Of a stretch of 64,000 bases of DNA, positions 38,029-47,183 are shown piece after piece. Origin of the DNA: an uncultured Ignavibacteria bacterium (GTDB taxonomy: Bacteria > Zixibacteria > MSB-5A5 > JAABVY01 > JAHJOQ01); the NCBI GenBank assembly GCA_964415885.1, contig CAYQCE010000009.1:3338-67337 (forward strand). Direction: 5' to 3'. A model generated the notes under the pieces. That model saw only the letters and a program-made list of their open reading frames with translations, did no database searches and was not told where the DNA came from. The translations under genes and the position numbers were made by a program. The stretch's first letter is position 1. Every line of letters starts with the position of its first letter.

Positions 38029-38493
38029 TATACGCTGTGGTCTGGCAAAAGCAATGTTAGAGATTCACCTCGACACACTCCATCAGTTGAATTACCCCAC
38101 TCAAATTCGGATAACACTTGTCGATTATGAGCCTTAACTCAAGAATTGGCTTGACAATAGCTAAACTGTTGGATATCATAGTTACAAGTTTGTTCCTATT
38201 TCTGGTGTTCTTGCAGATTTACACGTCTGCTGTTTTTGTTGAAAGATCGACAGAAAAAGCAATTGGTGTTCTCTATCGTTAGTCCAGCGGGAAGTTGCTT
38301 CCTTTGACGGGGGAGAGGCTTCTTTCCAGCCATTCTAACATATCTTTTTAGAAATTCTCAGATTGAACTAACTGTTTGGTGTATTCTTACCCGAACATTC
38401 AGATCTTGCAACAGTATTCAGCGAAACGACTGCAGAACGCCGGAATATCGACTGGAGAAAGATTACTCTGCAATACACGCACAGGAGTGACAC

Positions 38494-41400
38494 ATGAGAG
38501 GGAAGCTACTGTTATCCGCACTATTCGTGATGCTGATGTTGCTTTCAACATCGGTATTCGCAGCCGGCAATCTGCCGGATTCGCTCACAACCAAATTGGC
38601 GCTCAACGAATCAAACCTCCAGACTCTGCTCGATGATTTAGGGTACGATATCGATGTCGACGAGGACGAGCTCGGCACCGAGGTTTTCTGTGCCCTACCG
38701 GGCCAGAATCTCGCAACTATTATTCTCGAGGTTGCCGGTTCGGCATCGAGCGCGAGTTCAGGGTGGTATGTAGCAGGCGATAGCAGCTCGCTAAACGAGC
38801 TCTTTACCGGTGCTGCCGGTCCCGGTGACTCGGTTTCGTTTGCGATCGGGTCAGGGGATTCTGTCGGGTTCTATCTCGATGCCAGAGACTACGGGAGCCA
38901 GACCGATCTCTGGTTTACCGAGAACTGGATGAACGACGACGGTTACGATCATGCATGGGTCTTTGCTACCGGCGTCCCGCATGAGTACCTTATCGCCTGG
39001 GAAGATCTGGTCGACGGCGGTGACGAGGATCACAATGATCTCGTAATCAAGATTCGGTTCGCAAATCAGGTTCCGACTGTCACACTACCCGACGATTTCA
39101 CGGAATCTCAGTGTACACCAGCCGATATTTGCTTTGATGTCGACGCCGCCGATGCGAATTGCGAAGGCGATACTATAACACTCGAGATGGTTTCGGGATA
39201 CGGCTCCTTCACCACCGTGACGGACCAGGCCTCGATCTCGACCAGTCATTGTTTCACACCGACCGGCTCGGGTACGTACGAGTTTATCTTCAAGGTCACA
39301 GATGTTGTTGGCGACGAAGGCTTTGACACGCTCACCGTAACGGTTGCCCAGGATGATGAGCCACCGGTGGCAATATGCCCATCGGATATTGTCGTCGACA
39401 ACGATCCGGGCGAATGCGGCGCGATTGTCAGCTTCACAGTCGATGGTACAGACAACTGCGCTGGGGTAACGACGACAGCCACGCCAGCTTCCGGTTCGAG
39501 CTTCCCGATCGGAACGACGCAGGTGGAAGTTGTAGCGACTGATGCGGCAGGAAACGCAGATACCTGCAACTTCGATGTTACAGTGAATGATACAGAAGCT
39601 CCGGTCGCAGACTGCCCGGCGGACATTACGGTCGACAACGATCCGGGCGAATGCGGCGCGATTGTCAGCTTCACAGTCGATGGTACAGACAACTGCGCTG
39701 GGGTAACGACGACAGCCACGCCAGCTTCCGGTTCGAGCTTCCCGATCGGAACGACGCAGGTGGAAGTTGTAGCGACTGATGCGGCAGGAAACGCCGATAC
39801 CTGCAACTTCGATGTCACAGTGCTCGAGACAGAGCCTCCGGTTCTGACCTGCCCGACCGATATCATCGTGGCGAATGATCCGGGTCAGTGTGGCGCGGTA
39901 GTGACATTTGATCCAACAGCAACGGAGAATTGCGGCAGCGCGACTATCACTGCAAATCCGGCCAGCGGTTCTGTTTTCCCGATCGGGATCACCACTGTTG
40001 AGGTAATCGCTACCGATGGTTCCGGAAACGCGGATACGTGCTACTTCGATGTCACAGTAAATGACACCGAAGCTCCCGTTGCGGAATGCCCATCCGACAT
40101 TTCGATCGGCAACGATCCGGGCGAATGCGGCGCGGTCGTAGACTTCACTCCGACGGCGAACGATAACTGCGCCGGTGTGACGGTTTCATCGACACCCGCG
40201 AGCGGTTCGTTCTTCGATGTCGGCACGACAACGGTTGAGGTTATAGCCTTTGATGCCGCCGGTAATGCCGATACTTGCTACTTCGATGTTACAGTGCAGG
40301 ACCTCGAAGATCCAATTCTGCAGTGCTCCGGTACTATCGAAGTTGACAATGATCCCGGCGAATGCGGTGCGATCGTAAATTTCACCTCGACGGTCACTGA
40401 CAACTGCCCGGGTGCTACGGTTACCTGCGATCCGGCTTCCGGTTCGTTCTTCGATGTCGGCACGACAACGGTGAATTGTACGGCTATCGATGCAGCAGGG
40501 AATGAATCAGTCTGTTCATTCGCTGTCATAGTCAATGACACCGAGAATCCGATGATTGCATGTCCTCCGGATGTGCAGCTCGATTGCGGTGATCCGACCG
40601 ATCCCGCAAACACCGGCGAGGCCACAGCAACCGACAATTGCGATACAGATTTAGACATTACATATACCGACGTTCAGGTCGATAACGTGATAACGAGGAC
40701 CTGGACAGCTACGGACGATGAGGGCAACAACGCCTCATGCGATCAGACTATAACGCTCGGCGACGGCACGCCGCCGGTCTGTTCCGTGCCTAACGATACC
40801 ACGATATTCCAGTGCGACTTCGCAGAGGTTCAGTTGCCGGTTTCGGCAACTCATGATGCCACCTGCGAGGTTATTAGCGGTCCTGGCGTGATCTCCGGCG
40901 GCTACTGGGTCTACACGCCGACATCAGAGGGTACGGTCAATGTCACCGTCCGCTGCACCGATGAGTGCGATTATTTCTGCGAGGCGAGCTTCTCCGTGAC
41001 CTTCGATCTGAATGCCGCTCCAGTTTGCAGCACTCCTCCAGCCGAGGATTTCTTCGTCTGCGAAGATACGACGTTTAACCTGGAATTCCTGAGCGAGGAC
41101 GAGGACGGCAATCTTGCCGGCTGTACAATGGTCTCAGGTCCGGGGACTTTCGACCCGGTAACCAATGTGTGGACATTCACAACCAGCGGCACCGGTACTT
41201 ACGCGGCGACTTTCGAGTGCGTGGATGAGTGCGGCGCCACCTGCACGGGAGAGCTCGCGGTGAATGTCACCGTGAATTCAGCGCCCGTTTGCAGTGTGCC
41301 GAACGACACTACTGTGTTCCAGTGTTCACCTGCTCAGGTCGCTTTCCCGTTCAGTGTAACTGACACCGATGGTAACATTGTCGACAGTGCAATCGTCTCC

Positions 41401-44088
41401 GGTCCGGGGGCGCTCGTGGACGGCAACTGGGTATTCACTCCCTTAGCGGCTGATACGTTTAGCGTGACATTACGCTTTGAAGATGAATGCGGCGCATTCT
41501 GTGAGGAGACATTTAACGTGTACTTCGAGATGAATGTTGCGCCGGTTTGCGATCTTCCTGCCTCCGATGAGTTCTTCGTCTGCGGCGACACTACATTCAG
41601 CTTCCCGGTATCCGCCACCGATGCCGATGACAACCTGTCCGGCTGCACGCTGGTATCAGGCGACGGCACGCTCGATCAGGGTAACTGGACATTTACCACG
41701 AGCGGTCCGGGTGTCTATTCAGCCGAATTCCTCTGTGAGGATGAGTGCGGGGAGACATGCGGCGGGACAGTTGAGGTCACCGTAAATCAGAATACCGCAC
41801 CGAGCTGCGAGTTTCCGGGCGATACGGCCATCTTCCTTTGCGAGTCGCAGGAAGTATGCCTCCCGGTTTCCGGTTCCGATCCGGACGATAATCTCGTGAG
41901 TTGCGAGGTGGTCAATGACAAGGGCGGTATTGAAAATGGCGAGTGGTGCTACACTCCGACACAGGACGAGGTCGTTGAGGTCACTGTTCGCTGCACCGAT
42001 GAGTGTGGAGCGTACTGCGAGTCTGACTTCGCAATCACATTCGACATTAATGAGGAGCCCGTCTGCGACATACCGGACGGCGGCGAGTTCTTCGCCTGCT
42101 CGGATACTACGTTCAGCTTCCAGATCGGCGCCAGCGATCCGGACGGCAACCTGAGCGGGTGTACGAAGATATCCGGCCCGGGAACCTACGATGGCACGAC
42201 CTGGACATTCACGACCAGCGGAAGCGGCCAGTATATCGGTGATTTCGAGTGTACCGATGAGTGCGGACTGACGTGCAGCGGCTCGATAGTTGTCGACTTC
42301 ACGCTCAACTCCGCACCGGTCTGCGATCTTCCGAGCAGCCAGATGATAGGACAGTGCGAGCCGATTCCGGTTGCGCTGCCGGTTGCTGCTACGGACGTCG
42401 ATGACAATCTCGCATCATGCCAGGTGGTCAGCGGTCCGGGTACGATTCAGAACGGTCTGTGGCAGTACACACCGACCGGTTCCGAGACTGTCAACGTTAC
42501 GGTTCGTTGCACAGATGAGTGCGGTGCCTACTGTGAGGATAGTTTCGAGATCACGATAGACATCGGTCAGGAATACTGCGTACCACCGCTTTTGACCATT
42601 GAGAAGACGCACGGTGCGATTCAGGGTCGAATAGATACACTCAAGATAACAATGGAAAACAGCCAGCTTCAGATGGGCGGGTTCGACTTCCTGATCGCCT
42701 ACGACGCCTCGGCCCTGACGGTTTCGGACGTTTTGCCGGGTCAGTTGCTCGTTGATTGCGGATGGGAGTACTTCACATACCGTCACGGCCCGTTCGGCCA
42801 GTGTGACGGGCCATGCCCGAGCGGATTTCTCCGCATAGTGGCGATGGCCGAGCTCAATGACGGTCCGAACCATCCGGATTGTTATGGTCCGAGCACGACC
42901 GATCCAAGCGAGCTGGTTACGATACTCTTCTATGTCACCAACGATAGAACATATGAATGTCAGTATGCTCCGGTTGAGTGGTTCTGGTTCGACTGCGGCG
43001 ACAACTCGATCTCCAATGTCGAGGGTACTGTGCTCTATGTCGATAAGATCGTCTACCGCTTCGAGGGCGATGTCTACTGGGATGAGGAAGACAACGTCGA
43101 CTATCCCGAGTCCGAGCGTATTCCGCATGTCGGTGCGCCGGATGCCTGCCTTGAGCCGCTGCCCGGAAAGCCTGGGGCAATACGGTTCCTCGAGTTCAAG
43201 AACGGCGGTGTGGATATCATCTGTGCGGATTCGATCGATGCTCGCGGTGATGTTAACCTCAACGAGGTCGCGAATGAGATCGGTGATGCTGTTCTCTTCA
43301 CTAACTACTTCATCTACGGTATGGCCGTATTCACGCTGAATGTGGAGGGCCAGATTGCGGCATCGGATGTGAATGCCGATGGTCGTCCGCTCACCGTTGG
43401 TGATCTGGTCTACCTCGTCAGGATAGTCACCGGCGATGCCGCCCCGTACTCGAAAATCACCGGATTCGAGCACGAGGCCGTGCTCGGTATGAACGAGACC
43501 GCGACCGGGCTTGATCTCTCGCTAAGCAGTGCAACCGATATCGGCGCTGTCTATCTTACCTTCGATGCACGTGATGCGACCGTTTCCGACGTTACTCTCA
43601 CGAGTGAACTCGGAGATATGAGCGTCAAGCATGGTGTTGTTGAAGGCGAGCTTCGCGTGCTGATCTTCGACATCGGCGAGGGCAGGATACGCTCCGGCAG
43701 CAGCGATATCCTGAACATAGTCGCCGAAGGCTCACTCGAGCTGATTGACTATGAAATAGTCGATTATTACGGCGCTGATGTTAGCGTCTCGCTGAAAAAC
43801 GAGATCGTACCGACAGACTTCAAGCTCGCGCAGAATTATCCTAACCCGTTCAATCCGGAAACGGAGATTTCGCTCTATCTGCCGGAGACTACCGACTGGT
43901 CGATAGCGATCTACAACATCGCCGGTCAGAAGGTAAAGACCTTCACCGGATTCAGTTCTGCGGGATCTGTCACCGTTCGCTGGTTCGGTCGGGATGACAA
44001 CGGAGCCGAGGTTGCCTCGGGTGTCTACTTCTACAAGGCGACTGCCGGCAATTACAGTGAAACGAAAAAGATGCTTCTGCTCAAGTAG
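38494..44088 (+). CDS. Giant secreted surface protein: DUF4114-like + HYR repeats + Cys-rich repeats + cohesin-dockerin-cohesin + T9SS C-terminal sorting domain
   Basis: AGGAG RBS and a signal peptide (MRGKLLLSALFVMLMLLSTSVFA). A DUF4114-like segment is present (…WMNDDGYDHAWVFATG…EDLVDGGDEDHNDLVIKI). 5-6 HYR-like repeats follow (CPxDIxVDNDPGECGAIVxFT…). Seven alternating Cys-rich ~87-aa repeats follow (APVCSVPNDTTxFQC…VRCTDECGAYCE…). Two cohesin-like modules (…LKITMENSQLQMGGFDFLIAYDASALTVSDV…) flank a dockerin-like segment (…SDVNADGRPLTVGDLVYLVRIVTG…). The C-terminus (…KLAQNYPNPFNPETEISLYLPE…IAIYNIAGQKVKTF…SGVYFYKATAGNYSETKKMLLLK) is a textbook Por/T9SS tail. Confidence 0.9.
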   Translation: MRGKLLLSALFVMLMLLSTSVFAAGNLPDSLTTKLALNESNLQTLLDDLGYDIDVDEDELGTEVFCALPGQNLATIILEVAGSASSASSGWYVAGDSSSLNELFTGAAGPGDSVSFAIGSGDSVGFYLDARDYGSQTDLWFTENWMNDDGYDHAWVFATGVPHEYLIAWEDLVDGGDEDHNDLVIKIRFANQVPTVTLPDDFTESQCTPADICFDVDAADANCEGDTITLEMVSGYGSFTTVTDQASISTSHCFTPTGSGTYEFIFKVTDVVGDEGFDTLTVTVAQDDEPPVAICPSDIVVDNDPGECGAIVSFTVDGTDNCAGVTTTATPASGSSFPIGTTQVEVVATDAAGNADTCNFDVTVNDTEAPVADCPADITVDNDPGECGAIVSFTVDGTDNCAGVTTTATPASGSSFPIGTTQVEVVATDAAGNADTCNFDVTVLETEPPVLTCPTDIIVANDPGQCGAVVTFDPTATENCGSATITANPASGSVFPIGITTVEVIATDGSGNADTCYFDVTVNDTEAPVAECPSDISIGNDPGECGAVVDFTPTANDNCAGVTVSSTPASGSFFDVGTTTVEVIAFDAAGNADTCYFDVTVQDLEDPILQCSGTIEVDNDPGECGAIVNFTSTVTDNCPGATVTCDPASGSFFDVGTTTVNCTAIDAAGNESVCSFAVIVNDTENPMIACPPDVQLDCGDPTDPANTGEATATDNCDTDLDITYTDVQVDNVITRTWTATDDEGNNASCDQTITLGDGTPPVCSVPNDTTIFQCDFAEVQLPVSATHDATCEVISGPGVISGGYWVYTPTSEGTVNVTVRCTDECDYFCEASFSVTFDLNAAPVCSTPPAEDFFVCEDTTFNLEFLSEDEDGNLAGCTMVSGPGTFDPVTNVWTFTTSGTGTYAATFECVDECGATCTGELAVNVTVNSAPVCSVPNDTTVFQCSPAQVAFPFSVTDTDGNIVDSAIVSGPGALVDGNWVFTPLAADTFSVTLRFEDECGAFCEETFNVYFEMNVAPVCDLPASDEFFVCGDTTFSFPVSATDADDNLSGCTLVSGDGTLDQGNWTFTTSGPGVYSAEFLCEDECGETCGGTVEVTVNQNTAPSCEFPGDTAIFLCESQEVCLPVSGSDPDDNLVSCEVVNDKGGIENGEWCYTPTQDEVVEVTVRCTDECGAYCESDFAITFDINEEPVCDIPDGGEFFACSDTTFSFQIGASDPDGNLSGCTKISGPGTYDGTTWTFTTSGSGQYIGDFECTDECGLTCSGSIVVDFTLNSAPVCDLPSSQMIGQCEPIPVALPVAATDVDDNLASCQVVSGPGTIQNGLWQYTPTGSETVNVTVRCTDECGAYCEDSFEITIDIGQEYCVPPLLTIEKTHGAIQGRIDTLKITMENSQLQMGGFDFLIAYDASALTVSDVLPGQLLVDCGWEYFTYRHGPFGQCDGPCPSGFLRIVAMAELNDGPNHPDCYGPSTTDPSELVTILFYVTNDRTYECQYAPVEWFWFDCGDNSISNVEGTVLYVDKIVYRFEGDVYWDEEDNVDYPESERIPHVGAPDACLEPLPGKPGAIRFLEFKNGGVDIICADSIDARGDVNLNEVANEIGDAVLFTNYFIYGMAVFTLNVEGQIAASDVNADGRPLTVGDLVYLVRIVTGDAAPYSKITGFEHEAVLGMNETATGLDLSLSSATDIGAVYLTFDARDATVSDVTLTSELGDMSVKHGVVEGELRVLIFDIGEGRIRSGSSDILNIVAEGSLELIDYEIVDYYGADVSVSLKNEIVPTDFKLAQNYPNPFNPETEISLYLPETTDWSIAIYNIAGQKVKTFTGFSSAGSVTVRWFGRDDNGAEVASGVYFYKATAGNYSETKKMLLLK
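39394..39815 (+). repeat. Near-identical tandem duplication (period 237 bp) inside the HYR region of the giant gene
   Basis: Bases 39394-39578 and 39631-39815 are identical except for 2 substitutions (about 185 of 237 bp). They encode two identical 79-aa HYR units (DNDPGECGAIVSFTVDGTDNCAGVTTTATPASGSSFPIGTTQVEVVATDAAGNADTCNFDVTV). Confidence 0.85.
40771..42570 (+). repeat. Seven tandem Cys-rich ~87-aa repeats (two alternating subtypes) within the giant gene
   Basis: Repeats begin (S/A)APVC(S/D)(V/L)P… and end …C(T/E)DECGA(Y/F/T)CE…(V/I)(N/G). Protein-level identity is about 40-60% and DNA has diverged. Confidence 0.8.
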
Positions 44089-44115
44089 CAGGGTACCCCT
44101 GTCTCAATAGATACG

Positions 44116-44158
44116 AATCCCCCTTTGTCGGCTGAAGCCGGAGGGGGATTCGTTTTTG
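44116..44158 (+). terminator. Rho-independent terminator after the giant gene
   Basis: Stem GAATCCCCCT…AGGGGGATTC with an internal sub-hairpin (CGGCTGAAGCCG), followed by GTTTTTG. Confidence 0.75.
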
Positions 44159-44212
44159 CGACAAATCTCTTGCGGGATCATTCCGACGGATTATATTGTA
44201 GCCCGAGAAAAT

Positions 44213-44296
44213 GCCGAAGTGGTGAAACAGGTAGACACGCTGTGTTCAGGGCGCAGTGTCCTTGCGGGCGTGGGGGTTCGAATCCCCCCTTCGGCA
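44213..44296 (+). tRNA. tRNA-Leu (anticodon CAG)
   Basis: Acceptor stem GCCGAAG/CTTCGGC, anticodon stem CTGTG/CGCAG with loop TTCAGGG (anticodon CAG), a long variable arm, and T-arm GGGGGTTCGAATCCCCC. Confidence 0.8.
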
Positions 44297-44383
44297 TTTG
44301 AAACTCCCCCAGTAAAGGCAATCATTGCATTTGACTTGTACCGAGAAGACCATTGATGTTGGACTGTTCGACCAGAGAGATAG

Positions 44384-46108
44384 TTAGTTTGATTCGCTGA
44401 ATTTCGCGAGTCTTTTGATGAAGTTACGGAGCTTGTCGGCACCGACAGCTTTTCCGAGTTCCTTTGCAATTGCTCTGGAGCGCCGCACGTGTGTCTGAAG
44501 CGTGTCTTTCATGCGGATTTCAGCGATCGTGACTCCCGGCATCGCCAGTGCCTTCGCCACCTCTGCAGTATAGTCGCTGGAGAGGAGCATGTAGTTGGCT
44601 CCGATGCCTTTCGCGAACTGTTCGAAGTCGACCTGTGATGTCTTTGTGGCGTGCCCTCTGCCGTAGCGCGAGAGCTGCTGGATGCGGATCTGTCCGAGAT
44701 TGTTGTCATTGACGAGCAGAACAAGCAACTGGAGGTTCTCTCGGACTGCGGTCGTCAGCTCCGTACCGGTCATGAGCATTCCGCCGTCACCAACCACGAG
44801 TACGACCGGAATATCCGGCCGGGCTGCCTTCGCGCCGACGGCCGCCGGTGCACCGTATCCCATCGACTGAAAGTCAGACGGTGCGAGCATACCGCGTGCG
44901 CACTCGACACTGAACCGCGTTCGCACGAGAAGCTGATGGAGACCGGAGTCTGTGACAACGACGCATTCCTTCGGTAGCATCTTTCGCAATACGTCTACGA
45001 CATGCGGTTCCTTTTCACCACCGCCGCTTTTCGGTACTGGCAGGAGCTTGAATGCCCGTTCTCGATCCAGCTCATGCTGTAACTTGATGTCTTTCATTTC
45101 AGCATCAGTCCATGCCGATTTCAAGTCGGTACCGGTAATCGCCTGGCTCAGAGCTTGTGCAAACGACGGGATGTCTGCTTCGATGGCGATCGATGCGGGG
45201 TAGTTGGCGTTGAGTACATTCTTTGATGCATCAATATGGATGAGCTTTTCCTGTGGCAGGTTCAAGCGATAACCTGCGGAGCCATTGTGAGAGAACTTGC
45301 ATCCGAGAGCGAGTACGAGATCGCTCTTGCCGAGTACACGGTTGACGGTCTTGATTCCCCATGAGCCGAAGTCGGAGCAGACGGCCAATGGATGGCTTTC
45401 GGGTACGATTCCTCGACCGGAACAGGTGGCAATAACTGGCGCATTCAATTTCTCTGCGATTTCGACGATCTTCTTCGCGCATCCGGCTGCCCCTTGACCA
45501 AGGAAGAGCGCAACTCGGGATGAACTTTCGATTGATGCTATAACTTGCTCGATTTGCTCTCTGAGGACCTTCGACTCCTGTATGAGGCCATCACGCGGTT
45601 CGCTCCGATTCGCGGGTTCCTCCACAATACGATTGTCTATTTCGACTATCACCGGCCCAGGTTCGCCGGATAGCGCGGCGTAACATGCCTCGGCTACATT
45701 CTGTTCGGCATCCTTCGCATTGTCCAGCCGTATGTATGCCTTGGAGATACTCCTGGAGATCGCCTCGTGATCGATTTCCTGCAGCCCGAACGCCATTTTC
45801 TGTTCGTCGGGCGCCTTGACGAGCAGGTGCACGAATGCGGCGGAGTCGTGGTATGCTTCGGCTATTCCCGTGGATGCAAGCGTGAACCCGGGACCCTGTA
45901 TTGTCGCGACAGCGCCAAGTTTCCCGGACGAGCGATAGTAGCCATTTGCAGCCATTGTTGCGCCGATCTCTGTTGTGGTCAGCACGGTGCGGATCCCGGA
46001 TTTTCGTACGCATTCGAAGAATGATACTGACTGTGTGCCGGGGATGCCGAAGACAATCTCGATTCCCGCACGCTTCAGGCACTCACAGATAAAATCACCG
46101 TTTGTCAT
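44384..46108 (-). CDS. Thiamine-diphosphate-dependent enzyme (acetolactate-synthase-like carboligase/decarboxylase family)
   Basis: N-terminal Pyr domain (…IVFGIPGTQSV…), a central domain and a C-terminal ThDP-binding motif (…VVGDGGMLMTGTELTTAVRENLQLLVLLVNDNNLGQI…). 574 aa. Confidence 0.85.
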   Translation of the reverse strand: MTNGDFICECLKRAGIEIVFGIPGTQSVSFFECVRKSGIRTVLTTTEIGATMAANGYYRSSGKLGAVATIQGPGFTLASTGIAEAYHDSAAFVHLLVKAPDEQKMAFGLQEIDHEAISRSISKAYIRLDNAKDAEQNVAEACYAALSGEPGPVIVEIDNRIVEEPANRSEPRDGLIQESKVLREQIEQVIASIESSSRVALFLGQGAAGCAKKIVEIAEKLNAPVIATCSGRGIVPESHPLAVCSDFGSWGIKTVNRVLGKSDLVLALGCKFSHNGSAGYRLNLPQEKLIHIDASKNVLNANYPASIAIEADIPSFAQALSQAITGTDLKSAWTDAEMKDIKLQHELDRERAFKLLPVPKSGGGEKEPHVVDVLRKMLPKECVVVTDSGLHQLLVRTRFSVECARGMLAPSDFQSMGYGAPAAVGAKAARPDIPVVLVVGDGGMLMTGTELTTAVRENLQLLVLLVNDNNLGQIRIQQLSRYGRGHATKTSQVDFEQFAKGIGANYMLLSSDYTAEVAKALAMPGVTIAEIRMKDTLQTHVRRSRAIAKELGKAVGADKLRNFIKRLAKFSESN

Positions 46109-46133
46109 TTGCTCATCCGTTGTTGGTGAGATG

Positions 46134-47183
46134 TCACCGACGGCGAATACCGGCTTTTCTCAGAACCGCAGTTCCTCGAGACGAAACCCGTTCGAGTATT
46201 CGACTCGATGCGCATTTCAGCCCGTTTTCTTTGCTGACAACGAGATTCGTCACGAGCCTGCCGCCCAGTTGGCTTTTGAACTTTGCTACCGGATTGAGAG
46301 CCGCGTCCGTGAGATCATTAGCCTTGTAGCCGAGCTCGGAGAGCGACTGAAACACGCGCCACCGGAGACAGGGGTTCACGCCGTGCTTCATGTACTCATC
46401 GCTCGCAGCAGCGCTCACCGTGTGAGTTACGGGATGCTCTCCGAGGAGAACGAGTTGTGTTGCTACCGACTTGCCGTTGTTCGTGCGCAGGTGATACAGC
46501 CTGCAGAGGTCGTTTGCCTTCAGAGTGTCGAAGTACTTCCTGAAGTCCTTCTTCGGAAGATAAAGCGGAGCGCCCTTTCGCTCATGAATTTCCCTGTGGA
46601 GATCGAAGAAGCTATCGAAATCGTCATCCTCGCTGAACTCGAATTCTCCGGACTCGCACCGCCTCACGAGCCGCCGAAGATTGTGCGCGATCGTGGACCA
46701 GGTTTTGTCCAGGTCGTCGATGTCAACTTCGTAGCTGTATCCGAGGTCGATTTTCCAGCCTCGCGATGCGAAGACGCGGATATCATCGATAGTATGCCGG
46801 TTTCGGAATCGAATTCGATCATAGTGCTGTTGCGAGAGCGCCTCTTCGAGGGCATCCATGGCTTCAAGCGCGCGGGATGTCGCCTCCGATGGGTACTTCG
46901 TAGGATGATCCTGCAGCACGATCCCGTTGTAGTAGAGAAGCAGTCTGTTGGTGACTTCGTCGATTATGCCGCGCTTATGTTCATACAGTGCAATCCCGCC
47001 GAGCATCTCTTCGCCTTTGCAGGCGGCGAGCACTTTGAAATTTCCCCCGGTAACGCCGCAGAGCGCATCGAGATATTCGGTCCGGCTGTATACACTTCCG
47101 GCCGGAGAAGTAACTACCAGATTATTCCATTCGGGGAACTGCTCCTCGGACAGTATTTTCGTTTCGATCTTCTTCTTGCCCAT
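46134..47183 (-). CDS. FemAB-like / BioF2-like GNAT-fold acyl(aminoacyl)transferase (Acetyltransf_6-like)
   Basis: ~350 aa with the duplicated-GNAT FemAB-like layout (…YLDALCG…GGIALYEHKR…LLYYNGIV…; …GKSVATQLVLLGEHPVTHTVSAAASDEY…NPCLRWRVF…). Its start overlaps the ATP-grasp gene's stop (TAATG). Confidence 0.65.
   Translation of the reverse strand: MGKKKIETKILSEEQFPEWNNLVVTSPAGSVYSRTEYLDALCGVTGGNFKVLAACKGEEMLGGIALYEHKRGIIDEVTNRLLLYYNGIVLQDHPTKYPSEATSRALEAMDALEEALSQQHYDRIRFRNRHTIDDIRVFASRGWKIDLGYSYEVDIDDLDKTWSTIAHNLRRLVRRCESGEFEFSEDDDFDSFFDLHREIHERKGAPLYLPKKDFRKYFDTLKANDLCRLYHLRTNNGKSVATQLVLLGEHPVTHTVSAAASDEYMKHGVNPCLRWRVFQSLSELGYKANDLTDAALNPVAKFKSQLGGRLVTNLVVSKENGLKCASSRILERVSSRGTAVLRKAGIRRR

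Noticed and set aside
39246-39866. 206-aa minus-strand ORF inside the giant gene, plus similar ORFs at 40278-40658, 41334-41669 and 42415-43473
   Set aside because: These are antisense to a strongly supported 1864-aa coding frame. Their translations are low-complexity (S/T/V/A-rich) mirror images of the repeats.
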